From assembly GCA_963796055.1 (NCBI GenBank), contig CAWCKH010000004.1, positions 1,280,001 to 1,344,000 of the forward strand: 64,000 bases of DNA, given 5' to 3'. The notes beneath the pieces were generated by a model. It was not told the origin of the DNA. It did not search any database and worked only from the letters and a program-made list of their open reading frames with translations. This document shows, piece by piece, positions 59,637 to 64,000 of the stretch. The position numbers and the translations under genes were made by a program. The first letter of the stretch is position 1. Each line of letters opens with the position of its first letter. The stretch comes from an uncultured delta proteobacterium (GTDB taxonomy: Bacteria; Myxococcota; Myxococcia; Myxococcales; Myxococcaceae).

Positions 59637-60206
59637 ATGGGCACCTCCCCCGACGACGCGGCCACTCGGCTCGGCGAGAACGTCCGGCAGCTCCGGCTCC
59701 TTCGCTCGCTGACCCAGCAGCAGATCTCCCGGCTGGCCGGCGTCCCCCGGGCCACCTGGGCCAATCTCGAGTCCGGAGCAGCCAATCCCACCCTCTCGGT
59801 CCTGCAGCGGGTGGCGATGGTGTTCCAGGTCTCGATCGAGGAGCTGCTCGCCTTGCCCAGGGCCGGAGCCCGGCACTACCCGAAGGGAGCGTTGCCCACA
59901 CGCTCCCGTGGCCCGGTGGAGCTGCGGTCACTGCTGCCCGATCCCATCCCCGGGATGATCATCGAGAGGATGGAGCTCCCGGCAGGTGCCTCGATCACCG
60001 GAGTGCCCCACACGCCCGGTACGCGCGAGTACCTCACCTGCGAGCGGGGGAGGCTCCGGCTCGCGGCCAGCGGCCAACGCTGGGAGCTGGAACCCGGAGA
60101 CGTGGTGGTCTTCCGGGGCGACCAGCGCCACGCCTACTCGAACCCAGGTCAAACGGCCGCCGTGGGGTACAGTGTCGTGGTCCTCGCCCCGGCAGTGGCG
60201 TCCTGA
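59637..60206 (+). CDS. XRE-family HTH regulator with C-terminal cupin
   Basis: LTQQQISRLAGVPRATWANLESG.ANPTL, PHTPGTREY and GDQRHAY.N. Confidence 0.92.
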   Translation: MGTSPDDAATRLGENVRQLRLLRSLTQQQISRLAGVPRATWANLESGAANPTLSVLQRVAMVFQVSIEELLALPRAGARHYPKGALPTRSRGPVELRSLLPDPIPGMIIERMELPAGASITGVPHTPGTREYLTCERGRLRLAASGQRWELEPGDVVVFRGDQRHAYSNPGQTAAVGYSVVVLAPAVAS

Positions 60207-60242
60207 GAGGCCAGGCCGCTGCGGCTCGGTTAATCAGCAGAG

Positions 60243-61226
60243 ATGATCGAGCCCCTTTACCGGGAGCACGGGTCGACCATCCGCGCCCTCGCCTACCGGA
60301 TGACCGGCAGCGCCGCCGACGCGGACGAGATCGTCCAGGAGGCATTCACCCGGGCGATTGCCTCTCCCCCGGTCAATGGGGTCAACCGGAACTGGTTGCT
60401 GGCGGTCGCAGCGAACCTGTCGCGCGACCAGCTGCGCCGGCGCAAGCGCGCGGCCTACGTCGGACCGTGGCTGCCCTCGGCGGTGGAGGTCGAGGACACC
60501 CCCGAGACCGCCGACCCGGAACGGCGCTACGGACTCCGGGAGAGCGCCTCGTTCGCCTTCCTGCTCGCCCTCGAGCCCCTCACCTCGAGACAGCGGGCGG
60601 TGCTCCTGCTGCGGGATGTGTTCGACCTGTCGGTGGAGGAGACCGCCGAGGCGCTGAGCATGGGTGAGGGGGCGGTGCGGGTGATGCACCATCGTGCCCG
60701 CCTCGCGCTCGAGGACTACGACGAGCACCGGAGCATGCCAACCCCCGAGCGGCTGGGCCTGGTGCAGGGTGCGCTCGAGCGACTGGCCTCCGCGGTGGCC
60801 ACGGGAGATCCCACCCGGGTCGAGGCCGTCCTCGCGGAGCACGCCACGCTCTATGCCGACGGGGCTGGCCGATTCGCGGCCGTTCGCCGGGTCATCCGGG
60901 GTGCGGCATCGCTCGCCCGCTTGGCGCTCTTTGGCCAGCAGCGGCGCGCCGGAGTCCCCAGCCGCCAGTCGCTCTGGTCCAACGTCAACGGAGGCCCGGC
61001 GCTGGTGGTCGATGCCGATCCTCCTCCGGGAGTGGACGTCGCTCCGCGGGTGGTCCTGAGCTGCGACACCGACGAGCGGGGTCGCATCACCCGGCTCTAC
61101 GTGATCGCCGCGCCCGCCAAGCTCACCCATCTGCCGGCCTCAGAACGGTTTGGCCTCCATCAGGTACACAACGACCCCCAGAGCCAGGGTGATCGCCCAG
61201 GCCAGCGGCCGCACGGCACCGCGTGA
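60243..61226 (+). CDS. ECF sigma factor, ECF41/SigJ type with SnoaL-like extension
   Basis: AYRMTGSAADADEIVQEAF, YVGPWLP, LEPLTSRQRAVLLLRDVFD, YADGAG and VNGGPA. Confidence 0.88.
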   Translation: MIEPLYREHGSTIRALAYRMTGSAADADEIVQEAFTRAIASPPVNGVNRNWLLAVAANLSRDQLRRRKRAAYVGPWLPSAVEVEDTPETADPERRYGLRESASFAFLLALEPLTSRQRAVLLLRDVFDLSVEETAEALSMGEGAVRVMHHRARLALEDYDEHRSMPTPERLGLVQGALERLASAVATGDPTRVEAVLAEHATLYADGAGRFAAVRRVIRGAASLARLALFGQQRRAGVPSRQSLWSNVNGGPALVVDADPPPGVDVAPRVVLSCDTDERGRITRLYVIAAPAKLTHLPASERFGLHQVHNDPQSQGDRPGQRPHGTA

Positions 61227-61517
61227 CCCGGGGTTCCGGAGCGCGCCGCGCAGCCGGCCGGTCAGCGCCCCGATGACCAGGAAGAGCAGGACCGAGAGCC
61301 GAACCCACCAGAGCTCGCCCAGCGCGCCACGGGTCAGCGCGATGGCGCCGACTCCGGTGACCAGAACGACCACCAGCCCGAGGCCCGCGATCCGCACCAG
61401 TCGCTGTGAGGCGGGAGCGGAGACACCATCGGCGACCAGCGCGAGAACCAGCACCGGTCCGGCGAAGGCCACGACGCTCAGCACGTGAAGAACCACCAGC
61501 CATGAGTACGGATTCAT
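61140..61517 (-). CDS. Small 4-TM membrane protein
   Basis: LHVLS, GELWW and VVYLMEAKPF, a C-terminus typical of DUF2269/CopD-like proteins. Confidence 0.7.
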   Translation of the reverse strand: MNPYSWLVVLHVLSVVAFAGPVLVLALVADGVSAPASQRLVRIAGLGLVVVLVTGVGAIALTRGALGELWWVRLSVLLFLVIGALTGRLRGALRNPGSRGAVRPLAWAITLALGVVVYLMEAKPF

Positions 61518-61527
61518 CGACGTCCTT

Positions 61528-62178
61528 TCACCAGGCCACCTCCACCCACTTGCGGAAGGTCGCGCGGTCATCGAGCTGATCGAGTACGGCGCGCGCCAGG
61601 TCGGCGCGGCTCAACCGGAATGGCGAACGGAGGTGCTCGGCGATCGCCCGGCGATACCGGCCACGCGGTGGCAGGTGGTTCAGGGCCGGGGGGCGGAGCA
61701 CCGTCCATTCGAGATCGACCGGAGCGAGCTCCGCCTCGAATCTCGCCCCGTCTCGCCAGCCGTGCCTCAGGAACCAGCCCACCACGTTCCTGGCAAGGAA
61801 GCCGATGACCGGAGGCATCCGGAAGTCCTTGCTGGTCCCGAGCGCGGTGACCGCCACCAGCCTCCGGACTCCTGCGGCGAGCATCCCCGCCACGACGTTT
61901 CTTCCGCCCTCGGAGTAGACCGTGGTCGGTTCCAGCCGCCGGGGCCCGGTGAGCGAGATGACCGCATCGCACCCGGCGATCGCCCGGGCGGTCGCACCCG
62001 GGTCGAGGACGTCCCCCTGGACCACCTCGAGACGCTCGTGCTGGAGCGTGATCGAGGAAGGATCTCTGGCCACCGCGCGCACCTGGAAGCCGCGCGCCAA
62101 CAGCAGCGGCAATAGATGCACGCCGGTGCCGCCGCTCCCGCCAAAGATGCCCAGCCTTCTGTTCTCGCCCATGTCCAA
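61528..62178 (-). CDS. NAD(P)H-binding flavin/biliverdin reductase-like oxidoreductase
   Basis: IFGGSGGTG, GDVLD, WTVLRPPAL and SRADLA. Start 62178 or 62172. Confidence 0.9.
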   Translation of the reverse strand: MDMGENRRLGIFGGSGGTGVHLLPLLLARGFQVRAVARDPSSITLQHERLEVVQGDVLDPGATARAIAGCDAVISLTGPRRLEPTTVYSEGGRNVVAGMLAAGVRRLVAVTALGTSKDFRMPPVIGFLARNVVGWFLRHGWRDGARFEAELAPVDLEWTVLRPPALNHLPPRGRYRRAIAEHLRSPFRLSRADLARAVLDQLDDRATFRKWVEVAW

Positions 62179-62182
62179 TGAC

Positions 62183-62494
62183 TCAACGCCGGGGGCGCCG
62201 ATGCGTTACGCGGCCGTTCCGGAACACGGCCCGGGTGAGCTGGGTCAGGCCCGCCTTGGCGGCGCTGTAGGCGGCGAGCCCGGCCACCGCGACGGTGGAG
62301 GCGATCGAGGTGATGTTGATGATCGACCCCCCGGAATGCATCGTCCTGCTGGCGAGCCGCGCGCAGAGAAAGGCTCCGGTGAGGTTGACGTCCAGCACCT
62401 GCCGCCAGTGATCGAGCGTGACCTCCCCGACCGGCCCCCGTCACCACGGCGACCAGGCCGTCGAGGCGAAAGCCGACCAGCGTCGTGTCGCCAT
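62183..62494 (-). pseudogene. SDR oxidoreductase remnant
   Basis: FRLDGLVAVVTGAGRG is joined out of frame near 62426 to EVTLDHWRQVLDVNLTG...IINITS...YSAAK. The middle and the C-terminus are missing. Confidence 0.75.
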
Positions 62495-62581
62495 CCCGTC
62501 CCACGGCCGCGGTGATAGCGCCGGGGCGGAGCACAGCCTTCACCTTCGCCCGACGATCACAGTCTCGAGGACAGAGCGCCT

Positions 62582-62981
62582 TCAGTCGGGTGCGATTCTG
62601 TGTCCCCTGCGCCGAGACCATGCGCCACCTTCCCCGCTGCTCGACGAAGACGTGGGTGTACCGGCTTCGAGCCGACCAGGGCTGGTCTCCGGCCCGCCCT
62701 CCCATCCGCGTCCGGCCGGTGACCACCGCCACCGGCCCGTAGCGTCGAACGCGCGACTCGAGGACGTCGACCACGTCGAAGGTGATCAGCCCGGTCCGGA
62801 CCGCGTCGATGAGCGCCGCCCGGGCGATCTCCCCTCCCTGGAGGACGTCGATGAGGAGGAAGTCGTCGGCCAGCAGCTGGCCGAGCACGACCGTGTCCGC
62901 GGTGCGGAGCGCATGGAAGAACCTCTGGTCCACCGCGAGCGGTCCTTCGGGCGTCGGGGTATGCATCTCGGTGCTATTCAT
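62582..62981 (-). CDS. DUF4440/NTF2-like protein with a frameshift just before the natural stop
   Basis: LLADDF, VRRYGPVAVVTG and YTHVFVEQRGRWRMVSAQGTQ. Removing one base at 62596-62597 gives QIAPD-stop. Confidence 0.7.
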
Positions 62982-63254
62982 GTGCCTCGAGGGGTGAGAG
63001 CCGCTGCCGACTGGACACCGTTCCTGGGAACGCGTTGCACCCGACAGCGGTCGGGTGCTCCACGCAGTTGGGTCGTCGCCTGTCGTCGATGCACCGGTCA
63101 CCGACTCGTCGGTGCGCCACGGCCCTTCGCTGACGCCCTCGGAGCCAGTCCGCGTCCTCGCCGGCGCCATGTGGCCCGAGGTCGGAGAGCGCCCACAGGT
63201 CCCGCCCCTCGCCGGCGCCTGGTACCCTCGGCGGCTGCGAGCGCGGCCTGCTTC

Positions 63255-64000
63255 ATGACGCTTCCCCGAGACGCCGAAACCCCCGGCTCCGACACGCCCG
63301 GCTCCGATCCCGGTGCGCGTGGGCCCGCACTGCGCACGGAGAACCTGGCCATCGTCTTCACCGACATCGTCGGCTACACCGCGCGCACGTCGCGCCAGAC
63401 ACGTGAGGAGAACGCCCGGCTCCTCGCCGAGCACGACCGCCTCCTGCTGCCGATCGTCCGCGCTTTTGGCGGGCGCCGGGTGAAGTCCATCGGGGATGCG
63501 TTGCTGCTCACCTTCCGCTCACCCACCGACTCGGTCCTCTGCGGCATGGCCATGCAGGACCGACTGGCGCGGCACGCGGCCGAGCATCCTGACTCCGAGC
63601 AGCTGGTGATCCGGGTCGCCATCAACCTCGGCGAGGTACGCATCGAGCGCGGCGACGTGTTCGGCGAGCCGGTCAACGTCGCCGCCCGCCTCGAGCACGA
63701 GACCCCTCCCGGAGAGGTCTGGCTCACCGACGCGGTACAACTCTCGATGAACCGGGCCGAGGTCGAGCTCGAGCTGGTGGGCACGCGCGAGCTCCGTGGC
63801 GTCTCCCAGCCGATGCGCATCCACCGGGTCCACCGGCGCACGGGGCCCCTCCCCTACGGGGGCGCCGCGCTGGCCCGGGCCGAGAGCAGCACCGGGCTGC
63901 TCGACCGCGTGCTCGAAGGAGGCGCCATGCTCCAGCCGGTGCTGCGGGGCGCAGGCGGATGGCTGACCACCGCCCGGACCACGCTGGGCAAGCGGCGCGA
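63255..64000 (+). CDS. Class III adenylate/guanylate cyclase domain protein (runs off the window)
   Basis: Manual translation: LAIVFTDIVGYT, VKSIGDALL, IRVAINLGEV and DVFGEPVNVAARLE. Confidence 0.9.
   Translation, partial: MTLPRDAETPGSDTPGSDPGARGPALRTENLAIVFTDIVGYTARTSRQTREENARLLAEHDRLLLPIVRAFGGRRVKSIGDALLLTFRSPTDSVLCGMAMQDRLARHAAEHPDSEQLVIRVAINLGEVRIERGDVFGEPVNVAARLEHETPPGEVWLTDAVQLSMNRAEVELELVGTRELRGVSQPMRIHRVHRRTGPLPYGGAALARAESSTGLLDRVLEGGAMLQPVLRGAGGWLTTARTTLGKRR

Overview
GC-rich chromosomal window from a Myxococcota bacterium, probably Cystobacterineae (Myxococcaceae/Anaeromyxobacter-like). The evidence is an intact pomXYZ cell-division locus, an MXAN_5187-C-type protein, an F0-only ATP synthase operon and a Hanks kinase. 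Core genes include ettA, queE, surA-pdxA, ychF, atpI/B/E/F, hemL, ileS-lspA-lgt and a rimK-like ligase. These are interspersed with accessory modules. I found no rRNA, tRNA, CRISPR array, prophage or intact transposase. There are two leading candidates for undescribed systems. (1) A sigma54 module at 10.3-16.8 kb: a propeller lipoprotein and a POTRA-less Omp85 barrel sit divergent from a membrane histidine kinase and a bEBP. Two -24/-12 promoters there share a 30-bp upstream motif (21/30 identical). (2) An XRE-flanked SDR + non-canonical QueA-like gene pair next to an atypical ECF41 sigma factor at 57.9-61.2 kb. Also seen are a pseudokinase-kinase tandem, a REP-like palindrome cluster, signs of leaderless transcription and several frameshifted or deleted genes, which may be real decay or assembly error. 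All calls come from motif recognition by eye; no database search was run.
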